Assembly: GCA_963621525.1 (NCBI GenBank)
Contig: CAVFER010000002.1
Span: 25,773 to 89,772 of the forward strand
DNA: 64,000 nt
From: a bacterium
GTDB lineage: Bacteria; Bacillota; Clostridia; Lachnospirales; Lachnospiraceae
Direction of reading: 5' to 3'
Positions 36,665 through 47,357 of the stretch are shown one piece after another; within the stretch, counting starts at the first letter, position 1, and every line of letters starts with the position of its first letter. A model generated the notes under the pieces. The model made no database searches, was not told the origin of the DNA, and worked only from the letters and a program-made list of their open reading frames with translations. The translations under genes and the position numbers were made by a program.

Positions 36665-37231
36665 ATGTATATCATAGCAGGACTGGGAAACCCTACAAGG
36701 GAGTATGAGAAGACAAGACATAATGTGGGATTTGATACCATTGATGTGCTGGCAGACAAGTTAAACACATCTGTGGATGAGAAAAAATTTAAGGGACTTT
36801 ATGGAAGGGGAATCATTGCAGGAGAAAAGGTGATTCTTTTAAAGCCTCAGACATTTATGAATTTAAGCGGTGAGAGTGTAAGAGAGGCTGCAGATTTCTA
36901 TAAGGTAGATCCGGAACATATCATTATCATATATGATGATATCAGTCTGGATGTAGGTCAGCTGCGCATCCGCAAGAAAGGAAGTGCAGGCGGCCATAAT
37001 GGTATCAAAAACATCATTGCCCACCTGGGAACCCAGGAGTTTCCACGAATTAAGGTAGGCGTAGGCGACAAGCCGCCGAGAATGGATCTGGCAGATTATG
37101 TGCTCAGCCGTTTCTCTAAGGAAGACCGTGAAAAAATGGAACAGGCATTTAAAGATGCGGCAGAGGCAGTGGAGGTCATGATCGAAGAGGGACCAGATGC
37201 GGCTATGAACCAGTTTAATGGTCACAAATAG
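36665..37231 (+). CDS. pth: Peptidyl-tRNA hydrolase
   Basis: MYIIAGLGNPTREYEKTRHNVGF...GGHNGIKNI. Confidence 0.95.
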   Translation: MYIIAGLGNPTREYEKTRHNVGFDTIDVLADKLNTSVDEKKFKGLYGRGIIAGEKVILLKPQTFMNLSGESVREAADFYKVDPEHIIIIYDDISLDVGQLRIRKKGSAGGHNGIKNIIAHLGTQEFPRIKVGVGDKPPRMDLADYVLSRFSKEDREKMEQAFKDAAEAVEVMIEEGPDAAMNQFNGHK

Positions 37232-37313
37232 GTATTGTGAAACCATCAAACAGACACAATGCAGACAGAAATAGCAATGGAACAGAATCAGATACAGGAT
37301 ATAAGGGGAAAAC

Positions 37314-40300
37314 ATGGAAAATCCGTTATTGGAATTACAGGAATATGAAAATTTACGGGAAGCGTTAAAAAAGGCAAAAGGCCCGGTCCAGGCAACGGGA
37401 ACCCTTGATTCCCAGAAAGTACACCTGATGTACTGGCTGGGAAAAGACGGCGGCTTTCCCTGGAAGCTGGTGGTGACCTATGATGACCAGAGAGCCAGGG
37501 AGATCTACGATGATTTTCGCAGCTTTACGGAAAATGTATGGCTCTACCCGGCAAAGGATCTGCTGTTTTACAGTGCGGATATACACGGAAACCTGATGAC
37601 CCGCCAGCGCATTGCAGTGTGGCGGCACCTGATGGAAGAGGAAGAAGGTGTGGTAGTTACTACACTGGACGGTCTCATGGATCATCTGCTGCCACTGGTG
37701 TTTTTAAAGCAGCAGGCTGTGACTGTAGAAAATGGCCAGATCATGGATCTGGATGAATGGAAAGAACGCCTTACAGCCTTAGGCTATGAGCGCACAGCCC
37801 AGGTAGACGGCATGGGTCAGTTTTCTATCCGTGGCGGTATCGTGGACATTTTCCCGCTGACAGAGGAAGTGCCGGTTCGTATTGAACTGTGGGATGATGA
37901 GGTAGACTCTATTCGCAGTTTTGACCCGGAAAGCCAGAGGTCTGTGGAGCCGCTGGAAAAAATCACCATTTATCCTGCAGCCGAGACCATTTTAACGAAA
38001 AAACAGTTGGAAGCCGGGATCGAACGTCTGGAAAAGGAAGAAAAAGAATATGAAGCAGCCTTAAGGGTCAAACATCAGATCGAAGAAGCATCCCGTATCC
38101 GGGGTATCATCAAAGAACTCACAGAAGGGATCCGGCAAGGCTGGAAACGGGATGGACTTGATGCCTATATCCGGTATTTCTGCCCGGAAACAGTATCATT
38201 TCTGGACTATTTTCCGGCAGGAGATACTCTGATCTGCCTGGATGAACCGGCAAGATTAAAAGACAAGGGCGAGACAGTAGAGCAGGAATTTCGTGAAAGC
38301 ATGATCCACCGCCTGGAAAAGGGCTATCTGCTGCCGGGACAGACAGAGCTTCTCTATGCAGGCGTTCAGGTCCTTGCAAAGCTTCAAAGCCCTTATACTG
38401 TAATGCTTACCGGTCTTGACCAGAAGCTTCCTGGCATGAAGGTAAAGGAAAAGTTCAGTTTTGATGTGCGAAACGTCAACTCCTATCAGAACAGCTTTGA
38501 CATGCTTATAAGCGATCTGACCCGGTGGAAAAAAGAAGGCTATCGGGTAGTCTTATTGTCTGCTTCCAGAACAAGAGCCAGCCGTTTAGCCAGTGATCTG
38601 AGGGAATATGACCTGCGGGCCTACTGTCCTGACGGAACAGGGGAAGAACATAAGGCGGCTCCAGGGGAGATCTTAGTTACCTACGGAAATATCCACCGGG
38701 GTTTTGAGTATCCCCTGATCAAATATGTCATCATCACAGAAGGTGACATGTTTGGCACAGAAAAGAAGAAAAAACGGCGGAAAAAGAGTAATTACCAGGG
38801 CAAAGCCATTCAAAGCTTTTCGGAATTGGCAGTAGGAGATTATGTAGTTCATGAGGAACATGGCCTTGGAATCTACAAGGGAATTGAAAAAGTAGAGCGG
38901 GATAAGGTCATTAAGGACTATATTAAGATCGAGTATGGTGATGGCGGCAATCTGTATCTTCCTGCCACCAGACTGGAAAGCATTCAGAAATATGCAGGAG
39001 CAGATGCAAAAAAGCCGAAACTGAACAAGTTAGGCGGTACTGAGTGGAACAAGACTAAGACCCGGGTAAAAGGTGCGGTCCAGGAAATTGCAAGGGATCT
39101 GGTAAAACTGTATGCGGCCCGTCAGGCGCAAAATGGCTATCAATACGGGGAAGATACTGTGTGGCAGAAGGAATTTGAGGAACTGTTCCCTTATGAAGAA
39201 ACAGATGATCAGTTAGATGCCATTGAAGCCGTAAAAAAGGACATGGAAAGCCGAAAGATCATGGACCGGCTGATCTGCGGTGACGTTGGTTACGGCAAAA
39301 CGGAGATCGCCCTTCGGGCTGCTTTTAAGGCAGTTCAGGACAGCAAGCAGGTGGTATATCTGGTTCCTACCACCATTCTGGCACAGCAGCATTACAATAC
39401 CTTTGTCCAGAGAATGAAGGATTTTCCGGTGCGCATTGACATGTTAAGCCGTTTCTGTACCCCATCCCAGAAGAAAAAAACGCTGGAAGACCTGCGAAAA
39501 GGCATGGTGGACATTGTGATCGGTACCCACAGAGTCCTTTCCAGGGACTTGAAGTTTAAAAATCTGGGTCTTCTGATCATCGATGAGGAGCAGCGTTTTG
39601 GTGTAGCCCATAAAGAGAAGATCAAGCAGTTAAAGGAAAATGTAGATGTTATGACTCTGACTGCAACTCCTATTCCAAGAACGCTGCACATGAGTCTTGC
39701 AGGGATCCGTGACATGAGTGTGCTGGAAGAGCCGCCTGTAGACCGTACGCCTATCCAGACTTATGTAATGGAATACAACGAGGAAATGGTACGGGAAGCC
39801 ATCAACAGGGAGCTGGCGCGAAAGGGTCAGGTATATTATGTATACAACCGAGTGACGGATATTGATGAGGTGGCTGCAAGGATACAGAAGCTGGTACCGG
39901 ATGCAGTGGTTACTTTTGCCCATGGCCAGATGCATGAGCATCAGTTAGAGCGGATCATGACGGATTTTATTAATGGTGAGATCGATGTTTTGGTATCCAC
40001 TACCATTATTGAGACAGGTCTTGATATTCCCAATGCCAATACCATGATCATTCATGATGCAGACAGATTGGGACTTTCTCAGTTGTATCAGCTGCGTGGC
40101 CGTGTAGGCCGTTCCAATCGTACATCCTTTGCATTTTTAATGTATAAGCGGGATAAGCTTTTAAAAGAGGAGGCGGAAAAACGTCTTCAGGCAATTCGAG
40201 AATTTACGGAATTAGGCTCCGGTATCAAGATCGCCATGCGTGATCTGGAGATCCGGGGCGCCGGAAATGTTCTTGGAGCAGAGCAGCATGGACATATGGA

Positions 40301-40844
40301 ATCAGTGGGATATGATCTTTACTGTAAAATGTTAAACCAGGCAGTTCTGGCATTAAAGGGCGAGGAAACAGAGGAAGATTCTTATGCTACCAGCGTGGAA
40401 TGCGACATTGATGCATATATTCCTGCCACATATATTAAAAATGAGTATCAGAAACTGGATATTTATAAGAGAATCTCTGCCATTGAGACAGAAGATGAAT
40501 ATATGGATATGCAGGATGAGCTGATGGACCGTTTTGGGAATATTCCAAAGAGCGTGGAAAATCTTCTGGTCATTGCCAGAGTCCGTGCGCTGGCCCATAA
40601 GTGCTATGTGACAGAGGTTTTAGTAAAAGAAAAAGAAGTGAAGCTGACCATGTATCAGAAGGCCAAGATCAATGTAGGCGGTATACCGGATCTGGTAAAT
40701 TCCTACGGAGGTGCCTTAAAACTGGTGCCGGGGGAAGTGCCTGTGTTTCATTATGTGGAGAGAAAACCAAAAGGCATTACCATTGAAGATACGCTGTTTA
40801 AGGCAGAAGAAATAGTAAAGGAACTCAAAAAGCTGCGGATGTGA
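37314..40844 (+). CDS. mfd: Transcription-repair coupling factor
   Basis: 1176 aa with a UvrB-homology N-terminus, the RNAP-interaction region YVVHEEHGLG, helicase motifs GDVGYGKTE, DEEQRFG and QLRGRVGRS, and a TRG motif. Confidence 0.95.
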   Translation: MENPLLELQEYENLREALKKAKGPVQATGTLDSQKVHLMYWLGKDGGFPWKLVVTYDDQRAREIYDDFRSFTENVWLYPAKDLLFYSADIHGNLMTRQRIAVWRHLMEEEEGVVVTTLDGLMDHLLPLVFLKQQAVTVENGQIMDLDEWKERLTALGYERTAQVDGMGQFSIRGGIVDIFPLTEEVPVRIELWDDEVDSIRSFDPESQRSVEPLEKITIYPAAETILTKKQLEAGIERLEKEEKEYEAALRVKHQIEEASRIRGIIKELTEGIRQGWKRDGLDAYIRYFCPETVSFLDYFPAGDTLICLDEPARLKDKGETVEQEFRESMIHRLEKGYLLPGQTELLYAGVQVLAKLQSPYTVMLTGLDQKLPGMKVKEKFSFDVRNVNSYQNSFDMLISDLTRWKKEGYRVVLLSASRTRASRLASDLREYDLRAYCPDGTGEEHKAAPGEILVTYGNIHRGFEYPLIKYVIITEGDMFGTEKKKKRRKKSNYQGKAIQSFSELAVGDYVVHEEHGLGIYKGIEKVERDKVIKDYIKIEYGDGGNLYLPATRLESIQKYAGADAKKPKLNKLGGTEWNKTKTRVKGAVQEIARDLVKLYAARQAQNGYQYGEDTVWQKEFEELFPYEETDDQLDAIEAVKKDMESRKIMDRLICGDVGYGKTEIALRAAFKAVQDSKQVVYLVPTTILAQQHYNTFVQRMKDFPVRIDMLSRFCTPSQKKKTLEDLRKGMVDIVIGTHRVLSRDLKFKNLGLLIIDEEQRFGVAHKEKIKQLKENVDVMTLTATPIPRTLHMSLAGIRDMSVLEEPPVDRTPIQTYVMEYNEEMVREAINRELARKGQVYYVYNRVTDIDEVAARIQKLVPDAVVTFAHGQMHEHQLERIMTDFINGEIDVLVSTTIIETGLDIPNANTMIIHDADRLGLSQLYQLRGRVGRSNRTSFAFLMYKRDKLLKEEAEKRLQAIREFTELGSGIKIAMRDLEIRGAGNVLGAEQHGHMESVGYDLYCKMLNQAVLALKGEETEEDSYATSVECDIDAYIPATYIKNEYQKLDIYKRISAIETEDEYMDMQDELMDRFGNIPKSVENLLVIARVRALAHKCYVTEVLVKEKEVKLTMYQKAKINVGGIPDLVNSYGGALKLVPGEVPVFHYVERKPKGITIEDTLFKAEEIVKELKKLRM

Positions 40845-40863
40845 AAGTCCGCAGCTTTTTGAG
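40824..40863. terminator. Bidirectional terminator overlapping the mfd stop
   Basis: Perfect 16-bp inverted repeat CTCAAAAAGCTGCGGA/TCCGCAGCTTTTTGAG. Confidence 0.8.
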
Positions 40864-40878
40864 TTCACAGGAAATTTT

Positions 40879-41457
40879 TTATAGCTTTGGCCAGCACTTC
40901 GGCAGTCTTGGATTTTCCACACGGACTGGTTCCGGATAAGTTTCACCGTAAAGCTCTAATTCTACGGTTTCAATGATCTGTGGGTCTACAGGCTTATTTA
41001 CTTCTACACCTGGGATTGGAAAGTCCACAGGAACAGTCTTAACAGCTGCGATCCGGCGAATCTCATCCATACCGGAAATGACTTTGCCAAATACCGGATA
41101 GGTTCCTTTATGGTCAGGGCAGTCACGCAGGGGAAAGAAAAATTCACAGCTTGCCAGTCCTGCTTCCCCATATCCGCCCATGCAGACACAGCCCGGATGG
41201 GAATCAAGAGGGGCGATCTCCGGGTGGAGTGCAAATTCATTGGGGATCAGGTACTGAAGCTCTTTATGGCCAAATGCCGTATAACTTACATCTACCCAGT
41301 TGTCCGGAACAATACGCTCGATGGCGTGATGGTCTAAGTATCCGTGGGAAGCTGCAAAAATAAAGCTGTTTACCGTATTCGGTGCTGCTTCGGGCAGCAG
41401 TTCTATTACAATATCCGCTCCATTTGCCATGTGGAGCGTAGCTTTTGGGTTTTTCAT
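40879..41457 (-). CDS. Peptidyl-prolyl cis-trans isomerase, cyclophilin type
   Basis: IVIELLPEAAPNTVNSFI...FFFPL...YPVFGKVISGMD. AGGAGG lies 8 nt before ATG 41457. Confidence 0.85.
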   Translation of the reverse strand: MKNPKATLHMANGADIVIELLPEAAPNTVNSFIFAASHGYLDHHAIERIVPDNWVDVSYTAFGHKELQYLIPNEFALHPEIAPLDSHPGCVCMGGYGEAGLASCEFFFPLRDCPDHKGTYPVFGKVISGMDEIRRIAAVKTVPVDFPIPGVEVNKPVDPQIIETVELELYGETYPEPVRVENPRLPKCWPKL

Positions 41458-41485
41458 GGTGGGACCTCCTGATTCGTTTTTCCGT

Positions 41486-42562
41486 CTATTCAATAATCTG
41501 CAGTTCCTTCGGATAATGGTTTAATACTTCCACACCATCTTCCGTTACCAGTATCAGGTCCTCTACGCGGACACCGGTATCGCCGGTTAAGTAGATCCCT
41601 GGTTCGATGGAGAAGATCATCCCTGGTTTTGCTTCCCATGTATTTGCGGAGGAAACATCGCCGAATTCATGCTCGGAAAGACCGATGAAATGCCCAAGAC
41701 GGTGGTTGAAGTTTGGTCCCCAGCCCTTAGCGGAAATCAGATCTCTGGCTGCAGCGTCAAGCTGGCATAACGGTACACCGGGACGGATCTTTGAGATAGC
41801 GGTCTCGTTGGCTGCTTTGGTGGTCTCGTATACTTCTCTGTGTGCATCACTTACGGTCCTGAAATAGAAGGTACGGGTCATGTCAGAGCAGTAGCCGTCT
41901 TTGATGCAGCCTACGTCAAAGAGAACGCAGTCGCCTGGCTTTACAACGGTATCATCCGGAGAATGATGGGGGTCAGCGGCATTTGCTCCAAATGCAACTA
42001 ATGGAGAGAAAGAATAGCCGTCTGCGCCCAGATCTAAGTAGATCTGAAGCATCTGGTCCGCTACTTCTTTTTCAGATACACCTTCGTGGATCAGATTTTT
42101 GAATTTAGCCATGGCTTTATCGTTGATAGAAGAGGAAATACGCATCTTTTCCTGCTCTTCAGTATCTTTTACGCCTCTGGTGATATCGACGGCCAGAGAG
42201 CCGTTTACGAAGCCTGCAGCAGCCTTCATTTCCATAAGAGGCAGAAGAAAACGTGCCTTTAAGTCTTTATCCACGCCAAGAACGGCATTTTTATCCAGGC
42301 GGGCAGCAACAATCTCCGGTACTGGATCTGTGTCAGAATACCATACTTTTTCAACGCCTACATCGCCAGGTACATTGAAAAGGTTGTTTAAGAAATAGTA
42401 ATGGTGTCCGTCAGCCTTTAAAAGCAGTGCATAAAAACGCTCGATAGGAGCCATGGAAATACCTGTAAGGTAGCAGATCGACATTGGATCGGTAATGAGC
42501 ATCTGGTCTACGCCCTGTTCTTTTAAGGCAGCCAGAATGCGGTTTGCTCTTGCTTCGTTCAT
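41486..42562 (-). CDS. Xaa-Pro aminopeptidase/dipeptidase (M24B family)
   Basis: Pita-bread metal-ligand contexts FDVGCIKDGYCSDMTRT, HRLGHFIGLSEHE, FSIEPGIY and VRVED. Confidence 0.85.
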   Translation of the reverse strand: MNEARANRILAALKEQGVDQMLITDPMSICYLTGISMAPIERFYALLLKADGHHYYFLNNLFNVPGDVGVEKVWYSDTDPVPEIVAARLDKNAVLGVDKDLKARFLLPLMEMKAAAGFVNGSLAVDITRGVKDTEEQEKMRISSSINDKAMAKFKNLIHEGVSEKEVADQMLQIYLDLGADGYSFSPLVAFGANAADPHHSPDDTVVKPGDCVLFDVGCIKDGYCSDMTRTFYFRTVSDAHREVYETTKAANETAISKIRPGVPLCQLDAAARDLISAKGWGPNFNHRLGHFIGLSEHEFGDVSSANTWEAKPGMIFSIEPGIYLTGDTGVRVEDLILVTEDGVEVLNHYPKELQIIE

Positions 42563-42631
42563 GATAATATTTCTCCTTTATTTAGGTTATAAACATATGA
42601 CGCCGGGGCTTGTAAACAGCCTTCCGACGTC

Positions 42632-42660
42632 ATAATACTTTACTATGATAGTGTTGTCAA
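42632..42660 (-). promoter_or_regulatory. Candidate internal promoter for pepP-PPIase
   Basis: Minus strand: TTGACA, 17-nt spacer, TATTAT. Confidence 0.45.
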
Positions 42661-42712
42661 GCAACCCCGTTCTCTCCATGCCTGCACGCTGGAAAGATGA
42701 GAAAGATTGCCA

Positions 42713-43561
42713 TTAAAATTGAGTTCTTAACTTTGGATCTAACAGGTCTCTTAAACCATCGCCGATGAAGTTGGCCCCAACTGCCATGGTGAAAATAGCA
42801 AGTCCCGGGAAACCGGCAACCCAGAATTTATTGAAGTAATCCACACCGTCAGAGACCATCATGCCCCATTCTGGTGTTGGCGGAGCGGAGCCAAGTCCTA
42901 AGAAGCTTAAGGTAGAGAACATCAGGATCTTGTTTCCGATGTCTGTGGTAGCCATGATCAGGACGGAGCTGACGCTGTTTGGGATGATCTCTTTCATCAG
43001 GATACGCATCCGGGATGCTCCAAGAGCTTCTGCCGCATTTACATATTCATTTTCCTTTACACTTAAAACAACGCTTCGCATCAGGCGTGCGTAGGTAGGC
43101 CAGGAAACAATGACCAGGGCGAACATGGTGTTAAACAGGTTGGACCCCATAACTGCGTTGATGATCATTGCCAGGATCAGGGATGGGAAGGACAGGATCA
43201 TTTCGGAAAAACGCATCATCACATTGTCCAGCCAGCCGCCTGCATATCCGGCTAATGCACCGTAAAAGGTTCCGATAAAACCTGCAATGATAACGGAGAG
43301 ACATCCTGCAAGAAGGGAGTAACGTCCACCGTAGATCACACGGCTGAAAATGTCACGTCCGAAGTTGTCTGTGCCAAACCAGTGGATGGCAGAAGGCGCT
43401 TTTAAACGCATGGACAGATCTTGTGCAATAGGATCATAAGGAGCAATAACAGGTGCTAAAACAGCTGCTAAGATCCATCCAAGACAGATTAAAATACCCA
43501 GTGTAAACAGGTAATTGGATTTTAATAATTTTTTCAGGGAATGGATCATTGTTAACTGCAC
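42713..43561 (-). CDS. Peptide (Opp/Dpp-type) ABC transporter permease, C-type
   Basis: 282 aa. An OppC/DppC-like N-terminal TM, then the EAA region NAAEALGASRMRILMKEIIPN. Confidence 0.85.
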   Translation of the reverse strand: MQLTMIHSLKKLLKSNYLFTLGILICLGWILAAVLAPVIAPYDPIAQDLSMRLKAPSAIHWFGTDNFGRDIFSRVIYGGRYSLLAGCLSVIIAGFIGTFYGALAGYAGGWLDNVMMRFSEMILSFPSLILAMIINAVMGSNLFNTMFALVIVSWPTYARLMRSVVLSVKENEYVNAAEALGASRMRILMKEIIPNSVSSVLIMATTDIGNKILMFSTLSFLGLGSAPPTPEWGMMVSDGVDYFNKFWVAGFPGLAIFTMAVGANFIGDGLRDLLDPKLRTQF

Positions 43562-44571
43562 CTCACTCTTGGATCGATGATACCGTAAAGGATATCGACC
43601 ACTGTATTGATGATCATATAATTTAATGCGATCAGCAGTGCAACGCCGATGATCGCCGGATAGTCAGCTGCCATAACAGATTCATAGGCAAACTGGCCTA
43701 CACCTGGCCATTTGAAAATGGTTTCTACTAATACCATACCGCCAAGGAGGTTTCCAAGTCCCAGACCGATAACAGTCATAACCGGGATCAGGGCATTTCC
43801 AAGAGCATGTTTTAAGATCAGGCTGATACTGTTTAAACCTTTTGCCTTTGCTGTACGGACATAGTCCGTAGACAGCGCATCTAACAGGTTAGAACGGGTG
43901 GTTCTGGTGATCAGTCCCATGGTAAAGGCAGCCAAAACGATACTTGGAAGGATCAGGTGGCGGAGGGCATCCATGGCTTTTGCCGGATTTCCTTCGAGCA
44001 GGCTGTCGATCACATACATTCCGGTAACAGAGGCCGGAGCAGAAAAAGAATTGCTTAAACGACCCGGTCCCGGGAATATTTTTAACTTATAGTAGAAGAA
44101 GTACAGCATCAGCAGCGCAAACCAGAAGGCCGGAATGCTGACACCGGTTACGGAAATGGCCCGGACGATCTGATCTAAGATACTGTTGCGGCGGATGGCG
44201 GAAATGATACCAAACAGGATGCCGAAAACAGAAGCGATCACGATGGAAAACAGGGCCAGTTCCAGAGTGGCGGGATAACATCTTGCCAGATCGTCAAGTA
44301 CCGGACGGCTGGTACGGATAGAGGTCCCAAGGTCAAAGTGCAGAAGATCACGGATGTAATAGATATACTGCACGATGAGCGGGCGGTCCAGACCGTGTTT
44401 TGCACGGTAGGCCGCTACGATCTCCGGATCATTTAAGGCTCTCTGGCTTAAGTTTGCAACAACCGGGTCACCGGGTATCATCTTTGTAAGGATGAATACC
44501 AGGGTGGCAACACCGAACAGCATAACTGCCAGATAAACCACACGTTTTCCAATAAATTTCAACTCTCCCAT
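43552..44571 (-). CDS. Peptide (Opp/Dpp-type) ABC transporter permease, B-type
   Basis: 339 aa with OppB/DppB-like DYVRTAKAKGL and an N-terminus IGKRVVYLAVMLFGVATLVFIL. Confidence 0.85.
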   Translation of the reverse strand: MGELKFIGKRVVYLAVMLFGVATLVFILTKMIPGDPVVANLSQRALNDPEIVAAYRAKHGLDRPLIVQYIYYIRDLLHFDLGTSIRTSRPVLDDLARCYPATLELALFSIVIASVFGILFGIISAIRRNSILDQIVRAISVTGVSIPAFWFALLMLYFFYYKLKIFPGPGRLSNSFSAPASVTGMYVIDSLLEGNPAKAMDALRHLILPSIVLAAFTMGLITRTTRSNLLDALSTDYVRTAKAKGLNSISLILKHALGNALIPVMTVIGLGLGNLLGGMVLVETIFKWPGVGQFAYESVMAADYPAIIGVALLIALNYMIINTVVDILYGIIDPRVRCS

Positions 44572-44603
44572 TTGGATCTGGTACCTTTCTATAGTGCGAA
44601 TTT

Positions 44604-44653
44604 AAAAACCTGAGAAAAACAAATGTCTGCTGTCGCAGCCGCTTGTTTTTCTC
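44604..44653 (-). terminator. Intra-operon attenuator hairpin after the binding-protein gene
   Basis: Minus-strand GAGAAAAACAA...TTGTTTTTCTC, an 11-bp stem with GC-rich interior pairing, followed by AGGUUUUUAAA. Confidence 0.5.
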
Positions 44654-44662
44654 TGCGCTGTT

Positions 44663-46303
44663 TTATTTTACATTGATCTCAGTCAGATCGATGGTGTAGG
44701 AATCAAAGATATCTACTCCATCTAATCTGCTGCTGTGAGCGATATGAGCAGGAGCCTGTGCAATCACGATGAATGGACCGTCCTCATACATTGCATCCTG
44801 AATGTTTTCCAGAACCTGGGTGCGGGAATCATTGTCAGTTGCTTCCATTGCTCCCTGGTACATTGCAGCCAGTTCCGGGTTCATTTCAGCCGTCCATCCG
44901 GCTCTCTTGCCTACCGTACCGCCTGGAAGGAATTCTAACTGTACGTTAGGATCACAGTAATCTACGCCCCAGTACATAACGGTGAAGCCCAGTGTGCCAT
45001 TGCGGTATGCGTCGCCGTAGCCTGCTGCCCAAGCCTGGGTGGTGATATTTACATTAATGCCGATCTGGGATAAGTCATCCTTTACCTTCTGAGCCAGGTC
45101 AGTTAAAAGGATACCTTCCATATCCAGGTCAGAAACAGTCATATCTACGTCAAAACCGTCCGGATAGCCAGCGTCAGCTAACAACTGCTTCGCTTCCTCG
45201 ATATTGGTGTAATCATCCGGCCGTGTTCCCTTGCTTCCCATAAATCCATCCTGAATAATGGAATATGGAGTTAAGGTGCCTTCACCGCAGATCATGCGGA
45301 TTCCAGAGTAATCAAGTGCCTTGCGGATGGCTTTTTGTACATCTGGGTTAGAAACAGGTCCGCCGTATTCTTCGTTCATGTTCATCATAACGAAACCGAT
45401 CATCTTGGTGGTTCCATCTATGATCTCTACATTTTCAGCAGATCCCAGTTCCTCTAACGTATCATCAGTCAGGTTTAATGCAACATCAATATCTCCGGCA
45501 GACAGAGTCATCATCTGGGTGTTTGCATCTGGCTGGATTTTTAAAATATACTTGTCTACATTAGTAGGATCGCCCCAGTAATTCGGGTTCTTTTCCAGAA
45601 CAACTTCCTCATCTGGAGTATAGCTTGTCAAGGTATACATACCGCTTCCGGCACTTGCACTGTCAAGGAAGCTCTGTGCAGTATCAGCAGAAGAAGCGTC
45701 GTCTGCGTCAGTACCGCCATTTTCTTTTACAACAGCACTGTCAAGAACAGCTAAAGAACTATAGGTCAGCTTAGAAAGAATGGCACTGTCAGGCTGATTT
45801 AAGTGGAAGATCACAGTAGTATCATCCGGAGTTTCCATGCTTTCAATAGTATCACAGATGAAAGACGGATTTCCCTTTAAGTTTTTGGTGCGGTTGATGC
45901 TGAATGCAACGTCAGCGGAAGTGATCTTATTGCCGCTTGCAAAGGTCAGACCGTCTTTTAACTTAACAGTCAATGTTAAGCCGTCCTCAGAGAATTCGTA
46001 GGTATCTGCCAGGCAAGGCTGTGGAGTGCCGTCATTTTCGTAGAACTTAAACAGGTTCTCGTAGCAGGCATTTATGATCAGCTGTGGGTACTTTTCGTAA
46101 ACATAACCTGGATCCAGAGTGGAGAAACCGGATCCCATGGCAATGATTACTGTGTTGTCGCCGGTGGAACTGCTTTCTGCCTGGGTACTGTCAGAAGAAC
46201 CAGCTGCAGAAGTGTCAGTGGATGCCTGTCCGCCTCCGCATGCGGTGCAGCCTGCTGCAACTGCCATGGAGAGGGCGAGGGCTAAGAGTTTTTTGTTTTT
46301 CAT
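44663..46303 (-). CDS. Peptide ABC transporter substrate-binding lipoprotein (SBP family 5)
   Basis: Lipobox AAGCTAC, an S/T-rich linker, then a family-5 core of 546 aa. GGAGG lies 8 nt before the ATG. Confidence 0.85.
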   Translation of the reverse strand: MKNKKLLALALSMAVAAGCTACGGGQASTDTSAAGSSDSTQAESSSTGDNTVIIAMGSGFSTLDPGYVYEKYPQLIINACYENLFKFYENDGTPQPCLADTYEFSEDGLTLTVKLKDGLTFASGNKITSADVAFSINRTKNLKGNPSFICDTIESMETPDDTTVIFHLNQPDSAILSKLTYSSLAVLDSAVVKENGGTDADDASSADTAQSFLDSASAGSGMYTLTSYTPDEEVVLEKNPNYWGDPTNVDKYILKIQPDANTQMMTLSAGDIDVALNLTDDTLEELGSAENVEIIDGTTKMIGFVMMNMNEEYGGPVSNPDVQKAIRKALDYSGIRMICGEGTLTPYSIIQDGFMGSKGTRPDDYTNIEEAKQLLADAGYPDGFDVDMTVSDLDMEGILLTDLAQKVKDDLSQIGINVNITTQAWAAGYGDAYRNGTLGFTVMYWGVDYCDPNVQLEFLPGGTVGKRAGWTAEMNPELAAMYQGAMEATDNDSRTQVLENIQDAMYEDGPFIVIAQAPAHIAHSSRLDGVDIFDSYTIDLTEINVK

Positions 46304-46326
46304 AATTAAATCCTCCTCTTGTTTTT

Positions 46327-46354
46327 ATGTACTCGCGGAATCTCGAGAGTACAT
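46327..46354. repeat. Short copy of the palindromic element family in the oppF-oppA intercistronic gap
   Basis: ATGTACTCGCGGAATCTCGAGAGTACAT aligns with 13884-13910 (ATGTTCTCTTGGAATCCCAGAGGACAT) and with the arms of 5629-5681. Confidence 0.6.
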
Positions 46355-46382
46355 ATGGATATTCAGCATTAAAAGCTGTTTT

Positions 46383-47357
46383 TTACTGGTATAAATGACA
46401 TGCCACAAAATGACCTTTTTCAATCTCTTTTAATTGTGGAATCTCTTTAGAGCAGATATCGCAGGCCTTTGGACAGCGGGTGTGGAACGGGCAGCCGGAA
46501 GGCGGGTCAGAAGGACTTGGAACTTCACCAGTTAAATGGATACGTTCTGCCCGGTCATCTGCGTCAACCTGAGGGATCGCAGATAAAAGAGCTTCTGTAT
46601 AAGGATGATAACGTTTCTCATACAGCTGGTCATAAGCGGCAATCTCCACCATTTTTCCCAGATACATAACGCCTACGCGGTCGCTGACCTGGTAAACAAC
46701 GTTTAGGTTGTGGGAGATGAAGAAATAAGTCAGTCCCAGGCGTTCCTTTAATTCCTGGAGCAGATTTAAAACCTGTGCCTGGACGGATACGTCAAGGGCG
46801 GAAACGGCTTCATCGCAGATAATAAGCTTTGGCTCTAAAGCCAGTGCTCTTGCGATACCGATACGCTGTTTCTGTCCGCCGGAAAGCTCATGAGGATAGC
46901 GGCTTAAATGATAGGTGTCAAGGCCTACTAGATGAAGCAGCTCTTCGATCCTTGCGTCTACGTCCATGGAACCGGTCATATGGTGGATCTGGAACGGTTC
47001 CATAAGGATCTGGCGCACGGTACGTCTCGGATTTAAGCATGCGGACGGGTCCTGGAAAATGATCTGGGCTTTTTTACGCATCTGTTTTAATGCTTTGCCC
47101 TTTAATCCGGAAATATCTTCCCCGTCTAAATAAACATGGCCGTCAGTAGTAGGGATCAGGCGGATTAAGGCACGTCCCAAGGTACTTTTTCCGCAGCCGG
47201 ACTCACCAACTACACCGAAAGTCTCACCTGCGAAAATATCAAATGAAATATCGTCTACGGCACGCACTGTGCCGGATTTTTTGTCTTTTCCTTTAAAATA
47301 TACTTTTACATGGTCTGCGTGGACCAGTACGTCTTTGTTCTTGCTTTCATCAGCCAT
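46383..47357 (-). CDS. Peptide ABC transporter ATP-binding protein (OppF/DppF-like)
   Basis: [36 protein letters not shown] and a C-terminal Cys-rich oligopeptide extension. Confidence 0.9.
   Translation of the reverse strand: MADESKNKDVLVHADHVKVYFKGKDKKSGTVRAVDDISFDIFAGETFGVVGESGCGKSTLGRALIRLIPTTDGHVYLDGEDISGLKGKALKQMRKKAQIIFQDPSACLNPRRTVRQILMEPFQIHHMTGSMDVDARIEELLHLVGLDTYHLSRYPHELSGGQKQRIGIARALALEPKLIICDEAVSALDVSVQAQVLNLLQELKERLGLTYFFISHNLNVVYQVSDRVGVMYLGKMVEIAAYDQLYEKRYHPYTEALLSAIPQVDADDRAERIHLTGEVPSPSDPPSGCPFHTRCPKACDICSKEIPQLKEIEKGHFVACHLYQ

Noticed and set aside
42597-42633. 10-bp hairpin ATGACGCCGG/CCGACGTCAT between oppC and pepP, considered as an opp operon terminator or a pepP leader structure.
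   Set aside because: It has no U tract, and its upstream arm overlaps the predicted -10 of the pepP promoter. It would not be wholly within either transcript in a useful position, so its role is ambiguous.
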